The notes under the pieces were generated by a model. The model saw nothing but the letters and a program-made list of their open reading frames with translations, did not search any database and had not been told where the DNA came from. This document shows, in pieces, positions 35,826 to 46,434 of a stretch of DNA of 49,146 bases. Origin of the DNA: an uncultured Dechloromonas sp. (GTDB taxonomy: Bacteria > Pseudomonadota > Gammaproteobacteria > Burkholderiales > Rhodocyclaceae); contig CAZLPR010000001.1 of the NCBI GenBank assembly GCA_964561415.1, forward strand, positions 1-49,146. The letters are read 5' to 3'. The position numbers were made by a program, and so were the translations under genes. Positions within the stretch are counted from its first letter, which is position 1. Each line of letters begins with the position of its first letter.

Positions 35826-38800
35826 TCAAAATTCGGACCACTCGTCATCAAGCGATGCCGGAAGAGCCGGTTTTTTCCCAGAAGAATTTCGCTCGCTCGG
35901 TGCCGGACGAGGCGACTGCGCTGGCGCACTCAAGCGGGGCTGCGCCGCTTGTTTAGCCACTTTAAACACCGATACCGATTCAGCCAGATGATTGGCCTGC
36001 TCTTCCAGGCTCTCAGCAGCCGCCGCCGCTTCTTCAACCAACGCGGCATTCTGCTGAGTCACTTCGTCCATCTGGCTTACCGCCAGACTGACCTGATCGA
36101 TCCCGGCGCTTTGCTCGCGGCTGGCCTCGGCGATATCGGTGACAATTTTGGCAACACGCTTGATGCTGGAGACGACTTCTTCCATCGTCCGCCCCGCCTG
36201 ATCGACCAAACGGTTGCCGGCTTCAACCTTATCCACCGAATCCGAAATCAAGCCTTTGATTTCCCGTGCCGCCGCCGCGCTACGCTGGGCCAGGCTGCGC
36301 ACCTCGGTCGCCACCACGGCAAAACCGCGACCTTGCTCGCCAGCACGCGCCGCCTCGACCGCTGCATTCAGTGCCAGAATATTGGTCTGGAAAGCAATGC
36401 CGTCGATAACGCCAATGATGTCTGCAATCTTGCTGCTCGCCTGATGGATTGAACCCATGGTGTTCACCACCTGACCAACCACTTCGCCACCTCTTTCGGC
36501 CACGGCCTGAGCACCTGCCGCAAGCTCATTGGCCTGGCGTGCATTATCGGCATTCTGGCGCACGGTCGTTGTCAGTTGTTCCATACTGGAAGCGGTTTCC
36601 TCCAGGCTACTCGCCTGCTCTTCGGTGCGACTCGAGAGATCCTGATTGCCGCTGGCGATTTCCCTGGCTGCAGTATTGATCGTCTCGGCTGAATGTTGGA
36701 TATCGCCAACCAACTCACGCAGCTTTTGAATCGTTTGGTTCGCGTCATCGCGCAACTTGCCAAAAGTACCTTGATATTCCGAGTTGACCGTATGCATCAA
36801 GTCTCCGCCAGCGACACGCTCCAGCAAAACTGCAATTTCACCGATCGCCGCACCGCTGGTTTCGAGCAAACTATTGATTCCGCCACCTAGTTCTTTGTAA
36901 AACCCTTCCATCGCACTAGTATCGAGGCGTGCTTCAAGATCCCCCGCGGAAGCACGACTAATCAACGCACCCACCGCCCGCTGCGCATGCAATTCAGCCG
37001 TCCGGTCCACCCATTCACCGACCGTTCCCAGACGCTGGCCGCGATCATTAACGATCGGGTTGGTAATCACGTTATAAATGCGACCGCCAATTTCCAGTTC
37101 GGTCTGCCGGGTCGATTGCAGTTCGCGCAATGTTTTCAAGGCGGCGGCAGCATCTTCATAGAACGCGCCAATATTGCTACCGACAAAATTATCCACCGTA
37201 AAACCAGGCTGCTGTTCACGCAAGCCTGGCTCGATCTGCCGCAGCGTCGTCAGCAGCCCCTTATTGGCGTACAGCACCAAGCCATCGTCGTCCGCAATCC
37301 GCAAATTCGCCGAGACACAATCCAGCGCTATGCGGATTCGCAAGTTGTCATTGGCGATGCGTCGAGACTCATCGACATTGAAGCCTTGTTGAATCTGCAT
37401 CGACTGCAAGCCCTGCAGAAGTTGCCCCACCTCATCATTGGCACCAATCTCAAGTTTCGAATCGTAGCGCCCTTCAGCCAGTTCGCTGAATACCGGCAGG
37501 ACTTTCTGCTGCAGTGGTTTGACAATCAGTTTATTGATCAACCAGTAAAGAAAGGCCGCCAGCAACAGCGACAGCACAACGCCACCCAGCACGATAAGGC
37601 GAGTCACCTGTTGGGAAAGGGCATGAAATTCGTCGAGGTAAGCACCACCGGCGACCAACCAGTTCGCCTCGGGTAGTGTGTCAAATACTGCCAGCTTGTC
37701 ACGAACGGCGGTTTCACCGAGCTCAGTATTTCGCCACGGATACACAATCTCGCCGCTACCCTGAACCAACATTTCGCGGACAAACTCCCGGCCGGATGCA
37801 TCTTTGGCGCCAGCGATATTCGCCCCCTCCTTAGCCGGGTGCACAATCAAATTGCCGAAATCATTACCCGGATTGGCATCCAGCACGTAGTAGTAACCCG
37901 TCTCGCCAACCTTGAGCGCGCGAATTTTCTGCTTCAGCGTTTCCAGTTCCTTTGAAATATCCAGGCCAACAAAAGTCGCACCAATCACTGCGCCGTCCTG
38001 CGCGACAATCGGCGTATAGCTGGTATAGAAGGATTTGCCGAATAGATTTGCCCGACCGACATAGGTCTTGCCAGCCAGCAATGCAGCAAGCGCAGGATGC
38101 TCCTTGGCCAGATTGGTACCAACGGCACGTTCACCATTCTCCTTTTTGAGCGAAGTGGTTATTCGCGAAAAGTCGTCACCTTTGCGGGCGAAAATGGTCG
38201 CCACGGCTCCAGTTTTTTCGGTAAAGCCATCGACCGCCTCAATTCGGCCGTTAAGAACCTCTCCGTTGGCCAGACGCAAGACGGCTTGCTCGCCCGATGC
38301 ATCAAGGACGACATCGTCCTGTAAAGACATCTCGAAACCTCGATTCAACTGAATCGCCTCCTGACGCAGTGCGGCCAGATTGGTTTCGACCATTGCCCGG
38401 ATCAGGCCAACATCATTTTTTAGAGCATGGCGCCCCTGATCATCAAGTAGCTCAGCCAGATGCCCACCAAGCAGCGTGGTTGCAGAACCAACCAGAATGC
38501 ATAACCCAAGCAACATGCCCAGCACAATTTTTTGTGCTGATGGCGCCCCGGACAACCAGCGCTGCACCATGCCGGCTATCCCGCCACTAACAACGATGCC
38601 ATGCCGGATTTCCTTACCGCCAGCGCGCTTCTCACGGATCGCCTGATAGGCAGCATCTGCCGCCTGAATCTGCTGCGAACTGGCCTTGCGCCGGACAGAC
38701 ATATAACCCACGACCAAGCCTTTTTCGCGCAAAGGCGTGGCGTTGGCAACAACCCAGTAGTAATCGCCATTCTTGCAGCGATTTTTAACCACACCAGACC

Positions 38801-39035
38801 ACGGCCGACCTGCCTGTAGATCAGCCCACAAATCAGCATAGGCCTCAACCGGCATATCCGGATGGCGAACAATATTGTGCGGCTGACCGATCAATTCAGC
38901 TTCGCTGAAGCCGCTGATATCGATGAAATCCTTATTGATATAGGTAATCCGACCTTTAAGGTCTGTTTTCGAGACAATCAAGGTGTTGTCATCGAGCGGG
39001 ACTTCCACTTGGCTTACCGGCAAATTATTTCGCAT
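35826..39035 (-). CDS. MCP: Aer-type PAS, TM, Cache-like periplasmic domain, TM, HAMP, Aer2-type PAS, HAMP, signalling domain, pentapeptide
   Basis: RHPDMP and KNR.KNG..YWV PAS motifs; [10 protein letters not shown] and YPW Cache motifs; [30 protein letters not shown]; ends EWSEF. Confidence 0.93.
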   Translation of the reverse strand: MRNNLPVSQVEVPLDDNTLIVSKTDLKGRITYINKDFIDISGFSEAELIGQPHNIVRHPDMPVEAYADLWADLQAGRPWSGVVKNRCKNGDYYWVVANATPLREKGLVVGYMSVRRKASSQQIQAADAAYQAIREKRAGGKEIRHGIVVSGGIAGMVQRWLSGAPSAQKIVLGMLLGLCILVGSATTLLGGHLAELLDDQGRHALKNDVGLIRAMVETNLAALRQEAIQLNRGFEMSLQDDVVLDASGEQAVLRLANGEVLNGRIEAVDGFTEKTGAVATIFARKGDDFSRITTSLKKENGERAVGTNLAKEHPALAALLAGKTYVGRANLFGKSFYTSYTPIVAQDGAVIGATFVGLDISKELETLKQKIRALKVGETGYYYVLDANPGNDFGNLIVHPAKEGANIAGAKDASGREFVREMLVQGSGEIVYPWRNTELGETAVRDKLAVFDTLPEANWLVAGGAYLDEFHALSQQVTRLIVLGGVVLSLLLAAFLYWLINKLIVKPLQQKVLPVFSELAEGRYDSKLEIGANDEVGQLLQGLQSMQIQQGFNVDESRRIANDNLRIRIALDCVSANLRIADDDGLVLYANKGLLTTLRQIEPGLREQQPGFTVDNFVGSNIGAFYEDAAAALKTLRELQSTRQTELEIGGRIYNVITNPIVNDRGQRLGTVGEWVDRTAELHAQRAVGALISRASAGDLEARLDTSAMEGFYKELGGGINSLLETSGAAIGEIAVLLERVAGGDLMHTVNSEYQGTFGKLRDDANQTIQKLRELVGDIQHSAETINTAAREIASGNQDLSSRTEEQASSLEETASSMEQLTTTVRQNADNARQANELAAGAQAVAERGGEVVGQVVNTMGSIHQASSKIADIIGVIDGIAFQTNILALNAAVEAARAGEQGRGFAVVATEVRSLAQRSAAAAREIKGLISDSVDKVEAGNRLVDQAGRTMEEVVSSIKRVAKIVTDIAEASREQSAGIDQVSLAVSQMDEVTQQNAALVEEAAAAAESLEEQANHLAESVSVFKVAKQAAQPRLSAPAQSPRPAPSERNSSGKKPALPASLDDEWSEF

Positions 39036-39068
39036 AAGGATTCATCCGTCAGGTAGTTATTGTCGTTA

Positions 39069-41786
39069 TTAAAATTCAGCCCACTCGTCCTCATCCGGCG
39101 CAGCAAGCGCCGGAACACGACTAGCGGTGGGGGTTTTCAGAGTTGCTACGGTCAACGCCGCTTTGGGCACTGAATTCGTGCTCGAACGCATGCTTTCCAG
39201 CAGGGAAATCACGCGCTTCGAACGATTAGCAAACTCGCCGGCAATCTGCGCATGCGCCCCGGCACTATCGCCAGTCATCTGCGTGCGAATCACGTCAGCC
39301 GCCGAACGATGGAAACCCGCATGCTCGAGTTTGAGATCTGCATATTGGTTATTTCCGCGTAATGACCGGCCGTCACCATGAATCCAGCAACCGAGCGCAC
39401 ACTGATCATCACGACCGACGACAGCCGGATCAAGCGGGTCACCTTTCCCTCCGACATAATCAAGCAGGCGTTGCTTCCAATTGCCATGCGCGGTGATAGC
39501 CCCGTCGAAATCAAGGCCGGCGAGTTGTGACTGATTGTTTACCACAACGCCACCCGGCAACCGGAAGACGGCGACCGAGTCGGACAAACTCCGCGCCTGC
39601 TCTTCCAGGCTTTCAGCGGCGGAAGCGGCCTGTTCAACGAGTGCGGCATTCTGCTGCGTCATTTCATCCATTTCGGTGACCGCTAGACTGACCTGCTCGA
39701 TACCGGCGGTCTGCTCGCGACTGGCTTCCGAAATATCGCTCATGATTCGGGCAACCCGTTGAATGCTGGTAACGACCTCACCCATCGTCCGACCTGCCTG
39801 ATCGACCAAGCGGCTACCCGTTTGCACCTTGTCGACAGAGTCCGAAATCAAGCCTTTGATTTCCCGGGCGGCAGCGGCACTGCGCTGGGCAAGACTACGC
39901 ACCTCCGTCGCCACCACGGCAAAACCGCGGCCCTGCTCACCGGCGCGCGCCGCCTCAACCGCGGCATTCAGCGCCAGAATATTGGTCTGGAAAGCAATGC
40001 CATCAATCACACTGATGATGTCGGAAATCTTGTTCGAGGATTGGTGAATGGCGCCCATGGTTTCAACTACCTGGCTCACTACATGCCCGCCTTTTTCCGC
40101 CACTTGCTGGGCGTCCGTCGCCAGCGTCGTCGCCTGACGAGCGTTATCGGCATTCTGCTTCACGGTGCTGGTCAGCTGCTCCATACTCGAAGCGGTTTCT
40201 TCGAGATTGGAAGCTTGTTGCTCAGTACGGCCTGAGAGATCCTGATTGCCGCTGGCAATTTCCTGCGCAGCCGTATTAATCGCATCCGTCGCACCCTTGA
40301 TCGAAAAAATAATCTCTTGCAGCGTGTCGACCGTGGTATTCGCGTCATCTTTCAACTGACCCAGCGTGCCCTGATATTCAGTTTCAATCTTGCGGGTCAG
40401 ATCGCCCTGCGACAGACGATTGAGCATCGCACCCAGTTCTTCCAGCGCCCGACTATTCACGTTGAGCAGGTCATTGATACCCTGTGATATCTGCCGGAAG
40501 AAACCACTCATCTGTTCCGCCGCGATACGCCGGGAAAAATCGCCCGCCGCAGCGGCGGTAATAATGTCACTCACTTCTTTTTCAATCGCCACTTCAGTGG
40601 TTCTGTCGCGCCACTCGACAGCGGTTCCCAGACGCTCGTTTCGCGCGTTGGTAATCGGACTGGCCACCAGTGAGAAGATGCGCCCGCCAACCGGGATTTC
40701 AGCTCGGTGGATGCCTTTCAGGGTACCTAGCAAATTGCGCTGATGGGCCGGGCTCTTGTGATAGATATCGAAATTGGAGCCAATCATGGCGTCAGCACTG
40801 AAGCCCGGCAAGACCTTGCGTAAATCGGCCTCGGCGGCACGCATCATTTCCAGTACCGCGGCATTGCAATAGATAATTTTGCCGTCAGGATCGGCCACCA
40901 TCACGCTGTTCGAGGTGACATCGAGGGCGACCTTGATGCGCAATGTTTCATCGGCCACCGTGCGATCCGCATCAATGCGCGCTTTCAAGGCTGACTGCAT
41001 TTTATCGAGTGAGCGCAACAAATCGGCTACCTCGTCCTGACCCGAAGTATCGATCTGGTTTTCAAGGCGCCCCGAAGCAACCGCATCGGCCACACCCAGC
41101 GCACCGGCCAACGGTTGCGTAATGCTGCGGGTAAAGGCATAGGAGAATGCTGTAATCAAGGCAACAACCAACGCCGATAGCCCGATGATCAATTTGACTG
41201 CGGTTGCGAAATCGTTCTGCGCCCCCTCAAAAGTCGCGCGCCCCGTGGCGGCGTAGTAAGTACGCAAGGCGTCAGCTGCATCTCTGGCCTGCGCATAACT
41301 CGGGCGGATCACATTAGCATAAACACTGGCAGCTTTCTCATAGTCACCGGCATCGAGCGCAGCGCTAGCCGCCATCAGGCCTTCCTTGACGAAAACACCG
41401 CGTGTCCGCTCATAATTTGTCGCCAGCTTCTGCTCTTCTTCATTCAAGGTACGCGCTTTGAATGTTTTCCAAAGCTCAGTAATAGCATCGCGATTTTTGA
41501 TCAGTTGCTCTGTGTGCAAGGTGATCGGATGATCGTGTCCAACCGCCTGCTGCCCACTTGGGTCATGCAACAGGCCCCCCAAGACCTGCATGTTGTTTTC
41601 CGCCATCAGCGTCTGGATGCGCAAAACAATTGCGCCCGGCTCAAGTTTGTCGACATAGACCGCTTCAGTGGCCCGATTGAGATCGCGCATATAACTCGCT
41701 GCAACCAGCGCCATCACGGCAAACCAGAACGCCATACCCATGGCCTGCCAGAAAAGGCGGGGGCCAATCCGAATTTTATTCAGCAT
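39069..41786 (-). CDS. MCP: TM, four-helix sensor, TM, HAMP, Aer2-type heme PAS, HAMP, signalling domain, CZB, pentapeptide
   Basis: YHKSPAHQ and EWRDRT PAS motifs; MA hairpin; CZB H..W / C.LG.W / H..FH; ends EWAEF. Confidence 0.93.
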   Translation of the reverse strand: MLNKIRIGPRLFWQAMGMAFWFAVMALVAASYMRDLNRATEAVYVDKLEPGAIVLRIQTLMAENNMQVLGGLLHDPSGQQAVGHDHPITLHTEQLIKNRDAITELWKTFKARTLNEEEQKLATNYERTRGVFVKEGLMAASAALDAGDYEKAASVYANVIRPSYAQARDAADALRTYYAATGRATFEGAQNDFATAVKLIIGLSALVVALITAFSYAFTRSITQPLAGALGVADAVASGRLENQIDTSGQDEVADLLRSLDKMQSALKARIDADRTVADETLRIKVALDVTSNSVMVADPDGKIIYCNAAVLEMMRAAEADLRKVLPGFSADAMIGSNFDIYHKSPAHQRNLLGTLKGIHRAEIPVGGRIFSLVASPITNARNERLGTAVEWRDRTTEVAIEKEVSDIITAAAAGDFSRRIAAEQMSGFFRQISQGINDLLNVNSRALEELGAMLNRLSQGDLTRKIETEYQGTLGQLKDDANTTVDTLQEIIFSIKGATDAINTAAQEIASGNQDLSGRTEQQASNLEETASSMEQLTSTVKQNADNARQATTLATDAQQVAEKGGHVVSQVVETMGAIHQSSNKISDIISVIDGIAFQTNILALNAAVEAARAGEQGRGFAVVATEVRSLAQRSAAAAREIKGLISDSVDKVQTGSRLVDQAGRTMGEVVTSIQRVARIMSDISEASREQTAGIEQVSLAVTEMDEMTQQNAALVEQAASAAESLEEQARSLSDSVAVFRLPGGVVVNNQSQLAGLDFDGAITAHGNWKQRLLDYVGGKGDPLDPAVVGRDDQCALGCWIHGDGRSLRGNNQYADLKLEHAGFHRSAADVIRTQMTGDSAGAHAQIAGEFANRSKRVISLLESMRSSTNSVPKAALTVATLKTPTASRVPALAAPDEDEWAEF

Positions 41787-41811
41787 CTTTTTACTCCCTT
41801 GCCGGCCAGAA

Positions 41812-42312
41812 TTACGCAGCTGCAGTGTCAATCAGCTCCATGTCGGAACTGGTCATCAAGCGCTCGATATCGGTCACAATCATCATGCGAGACCCCTGCG
41901 AAGCGAGTCCCTGGATATAACGTGTATCGAATGTTCCAGCAAAATCCGGTGCCGGCCGGATTTGCGCCTGGGTCAGCGAAATGACGTCAGAAACACTGTC
42001 GACCACAACACCAATCACCCGCCGCGCCACGTTCAAAATGATGACCACGGTAAATGGCGTGTATTCGACATTGCCGAGCTTGAACTTGATGCGCAGATCG
42101 ACCACGGGAACAATAATGCCACGCAGATTAATCACGCCCTTGATGAAAGGCGGAGCATTGGCAATCAGTGTCGGCGACTCGTAACCGCGGATCTCCTGAA
42201 CCTTCAAAATGTCAATTGCGTACTCCTCACACCCCAACGTGAAGGTCAGGTATTCGCTGGCAGCCAGATCGGCCTCAGCAGTTGCCGTGCCGTTATGCGT
42301 CATCGTTTCCAT
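41812..42312 (-). CDS. cheW: Coupling protein CheW
   Basis: [15 protein letters not shown]; KGVINLRG; [10 protein letters not shown]. Confidence 0.97.
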   Translation of the reverse strand: METMTHNGTATAEADLAASEYLTFTLGCEEYAIDILKVQEIRGYESPTLIANAPPFIKGVINLRGIIVPVVDLRIKFKLGNVEYTPFTVVIILNVARRVIGVVVDSVSDVISLTQAQIRPAPDFAGTFDTRYIQGLASQGSRMMIVTDIERLMTSSDMELIDTAAA

Positions 42313-42334
42313 ATTCCTGCTCCTTGGTTAGCCG

Positions 42335-44710
42335 TCAGCCGGCCTTCTGCATATTCGATTTAGCCATGCCGGCAATGGCCGAAACGTCAAGAATCATTGC
42401 CACGTGGCCATCGCCCATGATGGTCGCCCCGGATACCCCGGACACCCGCCGGTAATTGGCCTCAAGGCTTTTAATCACCACCTGATGCTGGCCCACCAGG
42501 GCATCGACAAAAAGCGCCACCCGGGCGCCATCGGCGTCGAGCACGACCATGATGCCCTGCGTCAGGTCTATCCAGCTTGACTTGATATTGAAAACTTCGT
42601 GTAAAACGACCACCGGCAAATATTCACCGCGCACCTGGATGACACGCGCCTGATTGGATAGCGTTTTGATATCACCGGCCTCTGGTTGTAGCGATTCAAT
42701 GACGTAGGAGAGTGGCAAAATATAAATTTGATTACCGACCGCTACCGACATGCCGTCAAGGATCGCCAAGGTCAGGGGCAGGCGCACTGTCATTCGGGTG
42801 CCGACCCCAAAAATGGACTCAATCTCAACCCGTCCGCCCATCGACTGAATATTACGGCGCACGACATCCATCCCCACACCGCGGCCGGAAACATCCGTCA
42901 CTTGATCAGCCGTCGAGAATCCGGCTTCAAAAATCAAACCAAAAACCTCTTGGTCGGTCATCTGATCCGATGCCGGCAAACCGCGCTCCCGCGCCTTGGC
43001 CAGAATTTTGTCGCGGGGCAAGCCGGCGCCGTCATCACCGACTTCAATGACGACATTCCCCCCTTGGTGATAAGCCTTCAAGGTGATAGTACCCACCGGG
43101 CTCTTACCTGCAGCCACACGCTTCTCGGGGGTTTCGATGCCGTGATCCAGGCTATTGCGAATCAGGTGTGTCAGCGGATCAGTAATGCGTTCGATCAGAC
43201 TCTTGTCGAGTTCGGTGGTTTCACCAGTCGTCTTGATTTCCACCTGCTTGCCGAGTTTGCCGGAAAGATCGCGCACGACGCGCGGAAAGCGCGAGAAGAC
43301 GAAAGAAATCGGCATCATGCGAATCGACATCACCGATTCCTGCAAATCACGGGTATTGCGTTCCAATTGCGCCAGACCATGCGTCAAATGCTCGGGTGCG
43401 CCGCCCTGCAATTGGGTTGCAGTCTGTAGCAACATAGATTGTGTAATGACCAGTTCGCCGACCAGATTGATCAGTTGATCAACCTTTTCAATACTGACCC
43501 GAATCGAAGAATCACCGGTGGCCGCCACAGGAGGAGCCGTCTTGGCCGCTTTCGGCGATGGTGAAGTTGTGGTGGTTTCCATGACAACAGGCACGGCCTC
43601 TGCGACAGGCGGCGTTACCACGGGCAATTCAGGCGCTGGCGGCGTGACTGGGGTAAAGAAACCGAATCCGTCACCCTCTTCTGCCAAACCCGGCTCAGCT
43701 AATCGCGGCGTTGGCAACGGCGCAAAAAAACCGTAGCCATCACCCTCTTCAGGCATCGAAGAGTCAGCGGCAGGCAAGGCGGCCGTAGGTAGCGGTTCAA
43801 AAAAGCCATAACCGTCACCATCATCCGGCATAGCAACCGCCGGCTGAATGGCGGACTCTCCATTGACAGGAACAAAAAAACCGTAGCCCCGATGCTCATC
43901 CGGAACCCCCGGCTGCCCCTTGAAAAATCCGAAGGCTGTCGTGCCGTTGACCGCAACCGAGGTATCTTCAGCGACCCGCCAAGCGCCATGATCGGCGATA
44001 AAATCAATCTGATCGGAAAATATCTCCGGCGCCACCTCGGTAATCAGGCGGAGTTGCCAGAAGCCGACATTGCCCGCCTCTGGCGCTGGCTGTCCAAGCA
44101 CTTCGAGGTCGCCCAAGGCTCGGAACTCGTCAAGCAGATTCGCCACACCTTCACCCTTGGCGGAGATTTCTGTTGGCAAGAACTGGATATCGAATACCCG
44201 CCGCCCCTTAACATCGGCGACTAAGGGCATTTGCTCAACGGGTGGCGGCAAGGGTGTCTCAATGGCAGCGGCTGCCACAGGGACAATTGGGGTGGCAGGA
44301 GCAACAACGGGGACAACCGGCTGATCGGAAGATAATTGGCGCAAACGCGCACAAATCATCTCAACCGCCTCCGGAGCAACCCCGCCGCGTCCCTGATGGC
44401 CTTCGAGCATGCCACGCAGCAAATCACCGCATTCGAGAAAAGCATCGACCATATTGGCGCGCAAACCAAGTTCGTGTTTGCGAATCCGATCCAGCAGATT
44501 TTCCAGGATATGCGTCGTTTCGGCCAGGTCGGTAAAACCAAAAGTCCCAGCACTACCTTTGATCGAATGAGCGGCGCGAAAAATAGCATTGAGCTGCTCC
44601 GAGTCCGGATTTTCAATATCCAGATCGAGCAGCAGCGTTTCCATTGCGGCCAGATGCTCTTCCGATTCCTCGAAGAACACCTGGTAGAACTGAGTCATGT
44701 CGATAGCCAT
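42335..44710 (-). CDS. cheA: Chemotaxis histidine kinase CheA (F7/Che2-like)
   Basis: FRAAHSIKG; SIRVSIEKVDQLINLVGELVI; RNSLDHG; SGRGVGMDVV; P5 domain. Confidence 0.97.
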   Translation of the reverse strand: MAIDMTQFYQVFFEESEEHLAAMETLLLDLDIENPDSEQLNAIFRAAHSIKGSAGTFGFTDLAETTHILENLLDRIRKHELGLRANMVDAFLECGDLLRGMLEGHQGRGGVAPEAVEMICARLRQLSSDQPVVPVVAPATPIVPVAAAAIETPLPPPVEQMPLVADVKGRRVFDIQFLPTEISAKGEGVANLLDEFRALGDLEVLGQPAPEAGNVGFWQLRLITEVAPEIFSDQIDFIADHGAWRVAEDTSVAVNGTTAFGFFKGQPGVPDEHRGYGFFVPVNGESAIQPAVAMPDDGDGYGFFEPLPTAALPAADSSMPEEGDGYGFFAPLPTPRLAEPGLAEEGDGFGFFTPVTPPAPELPVVTPPVAEAVPVVMETTTTSPSPKAAKTAPPVAATGDSSIRVSIEKVDQLINLVGELVITQSMLLQTATQLQGGAPEHLTHGLAQLERNTRDLQESVMSIRMMPISFVFSRFPRVVRDLSGKLGKQVEIKTTGETTELDKSLIERITDPLTHLIRNSLDHGIETPEKRVAAGKSPVGTITLKAYHQGGNVVIEVGDDGAGLPRDKILAKARERGLPASDQMTDQEVFGLIFEAGFSTADQVTDVSGRGVGMDVVRRNIQSMGGRVEIESIFGVGTRMTVRLPLTLAILDGMSVAVGNQIYILPLSYVIESLQPEAGDIKTLSNQARVIQVRGEYLPVVVLHEVFNIKSSWIDLTQGIMVVLDADGARVALFVDALVGQHQVVIKSLEANYRRVSGVSGATIMGDGHVAMILDVSAIAGMAKSNMQKAG
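43650..43940 (-). repeat. Five spaced peptide repeats, consensus (E/D)GDG(Y/F)GFF, in the CheA linker
   Basis: AFGFF, RGYGFF, DGDGYGFF, EGDGYGFF, EGDGFGFF separated by Pro/Ala-rich spacers. Confidence 0.85.
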
Positions 44711-44800
44711 GCTACCCCCTCACTTCGACCACCCCTGAAACGGCAGCCTGAAATCGAATGCAACGGATACCAGCCTCAAAGCTGGCGTACCGACCAAGGC

Positions 44801-45166
44801 TTAGCCAATAACCTTGCGAACGACTTCAATCAGTTTTTGGGGGTCAAATGGTTTAACCAACCAGCCTGTCGCACCGGCGGCACGACCTTGTGCCTTCATG
44901 GCATCCGAAGATTCCGTGGTCAACATGAGAATGGGCGTCGAAGCATACTGCGGCAATTTACGCAGGCTTTTGATTAGCGTCAGGCCATCCATCCGTGGCA
45001 TGTTCTGATCAGTCAGTACCAGATTAATGCTTTTTACCTTGGCTTTTTCCAGTCCGTCCATGCCATCAACCGCCTCAACCACATCGTAGCCGGCGCTCTT
45101 CAACGTAAATGAAACCATCTGACGGATGGAGGCAGAATCATCAACTGCAAGAATGGTTTTAGCCAT
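44801..45166 (-). CDS. cheY: Single-domain response regulator CheY (CheY2/F7-type)
   Basis: ILAVDDSASIRQMV; DQNMP; LTTES; GWLVKPF. Confidence 0.93.
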   Translation of the reverse strand: MAKTILAVDDSASIRQMVSFTLKSAGYDVVEAVDGMDGLEKAKVKSINLVLTDQNMPRMDGLTLIKSLRKLPQYASTPILMLTTESSDAMKAQGRAAGATGWLVKPFDPQKLIEVVRKVIG

Positions 45167-45184
45167 TATTTCCTCGTTTATAAA

Positions 45185-46402
45185 TTAGAACAACTCGACA
45201 TCGCCGCTGGCGAAACCGGTTTGACTGACAGGGTTATTACCCACCCCTTGTTTCAGAGTGCTTAATTTTTGTGAAAGCAATGCAACATGTTCCCGAATGG
45301 CATCCAGCGCTTGGAGCGTACCCGCCGGATCACTGGTATCCCTCAAGGCCAGTGCCAGCCTCTGCTCATCCTCAGCAACCTCATCCAAAACATCAAGGCG
45401 CTGAGTAACATGACTCAATAACTGGGTCACCATGTCCTGAAACTGCAAAGAGACAATTGCCTGACCCACCGCCGCTTCAACCTCAGCAGCAATACCATTC
45501 AATTCCCCAACCGTAGCGCCGGTACGCCTGGTCATCGCTTCAATATCATTCATGGCCTGCTCGACATCACCTTTCGAGGTCAGCGCAAAAGTCATGTCCT
45601 TCGCAGCCATCTGGTTAATGGCTTGCTCCGTCGCGGCAATAGTCGTCTGCATATTAGCCAGCGAGCTGCGTATCTGCTTGCTGAAATGATTAGTTCGTCC
45701 AGACAGATCGCGGACCTCATCAGCAACCACGGCAAAACCACGCCCAGCCTCCCCGGCTCGCGCCGCCTCAATGGCTGCATTAAGCGCCAACAAGTTGGTC
45801 TGCTTGGCAATTCCCTCGATTTCGCCCAGCATGCCACGCACTTCTTGCGCTTGGATCGAAATTCGATCATTCATCTCAACCAAAGACATGGCAAGGTGAG
45901 AGTTTTCCACCACGCCCTCAACAAACTGCCGCAAAGTATCTGAGGTCTTTACGGCAAATACGTGAAAATCATCGACAGAACCACCATCAGTACCGCCAGA
46001 GACAACCTGCATGCCCAGTTGCTGCTGCCGCTGAATTTGGCGATTCATCTGTTGAAAACTTTCAATCAATCTCCCGATCGCCTCGCCGAAAATCGTCTGC
46101 GCCCGGGCCACCTCTTGACGCATCTCCAGGGTCTGATTCGAAAACTCGCCAGCGAGACGAATAACCGCCTCGCTGCTGTACTCAATAATCTCCAGGGAAA
46201 ACTGACTGCTTTCCTTTGACACTGGGGAGACATTGCCTGATTCGCGACTAAAAGCAGCAGCCACAAGCCAACCCACCAGCATAGCCCCGAAAGCAAAGAA
46301 TACCGGTGTCGAGCGTGTTTCAGGAACCAACCCAAGCAGCGCCACTGCAACAAGGGCAGACCAAACCATACCTATCAAAATTAATTTCTTGGTCCCACCC
46401 AT
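45185..46402 (-). CDS. Sensor-less membrane-anchored MCP (McpA/CttP-like)
   Basis: Two adjacent N-terminal TMs with no periplasmic domain; [31 protein letters not shown]; SLQFQD; ends GDVELF. Confidence 0.85.
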   Translation of the reverse strand: MGGTKKLILIGMVWSALVAVALLGLVPETRSTPVFFAFGAMLVGWLVAAAFSRESGNVSPVSKESSQFSLEIIEYSSEAVIRLAGEFSNQTLEMRQEVARAQTIFGEAIGRLIESFQQMNRQIQRQQQLGMQVVSGGTDGGSVDDFHVFAVKTSDTLRQFVEGVVENSHLAMSLVEMNDRISIQAQEVRGMLGEIEGIAKQTNLLALNAAIEAARAGEAGRGFAVVADEVRDLSGRTNHFSKQIRSSLANMQTTIAATEQAINQMAAKDMTFALTSKGDVEQAMNDIEAMTRRTGATVGELNGIAAEVEAAVGQAIVSLQFQDMVTQLLSHVTQRLDVLDEVAEDEQRLALALRDTSDPAGTLQALDAIREHVALLSQKLSTLKQGVGNNPVSQTGFASGDVELF

Positions 46403-46434
46403 ACACATCCCCATTTTTGCCGGACATCTGAAAG

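Noticed and set aside
35814-35840. Sigma28-like -10 (ACCGATAA) upstream of cheR
   Set aside because: No matching -35 at the 11-nt spacing
35631-36452. 273 aa plus-strand ORF, and similar long antisense ORFs (26446-27264, 25577-26263, 36987-37676, 42728-43429, 44336-44977)
   Set aside because: Shadow ORFs antisense to well-supported genes, with no recognisable motifs; expected from codon bias
44711-44800. Small hairpin (CCAGC..GCTGG) between cheY and cheA
   Set aside because: Short stem with no U-tract; insufficient to call a terminator or sRNA
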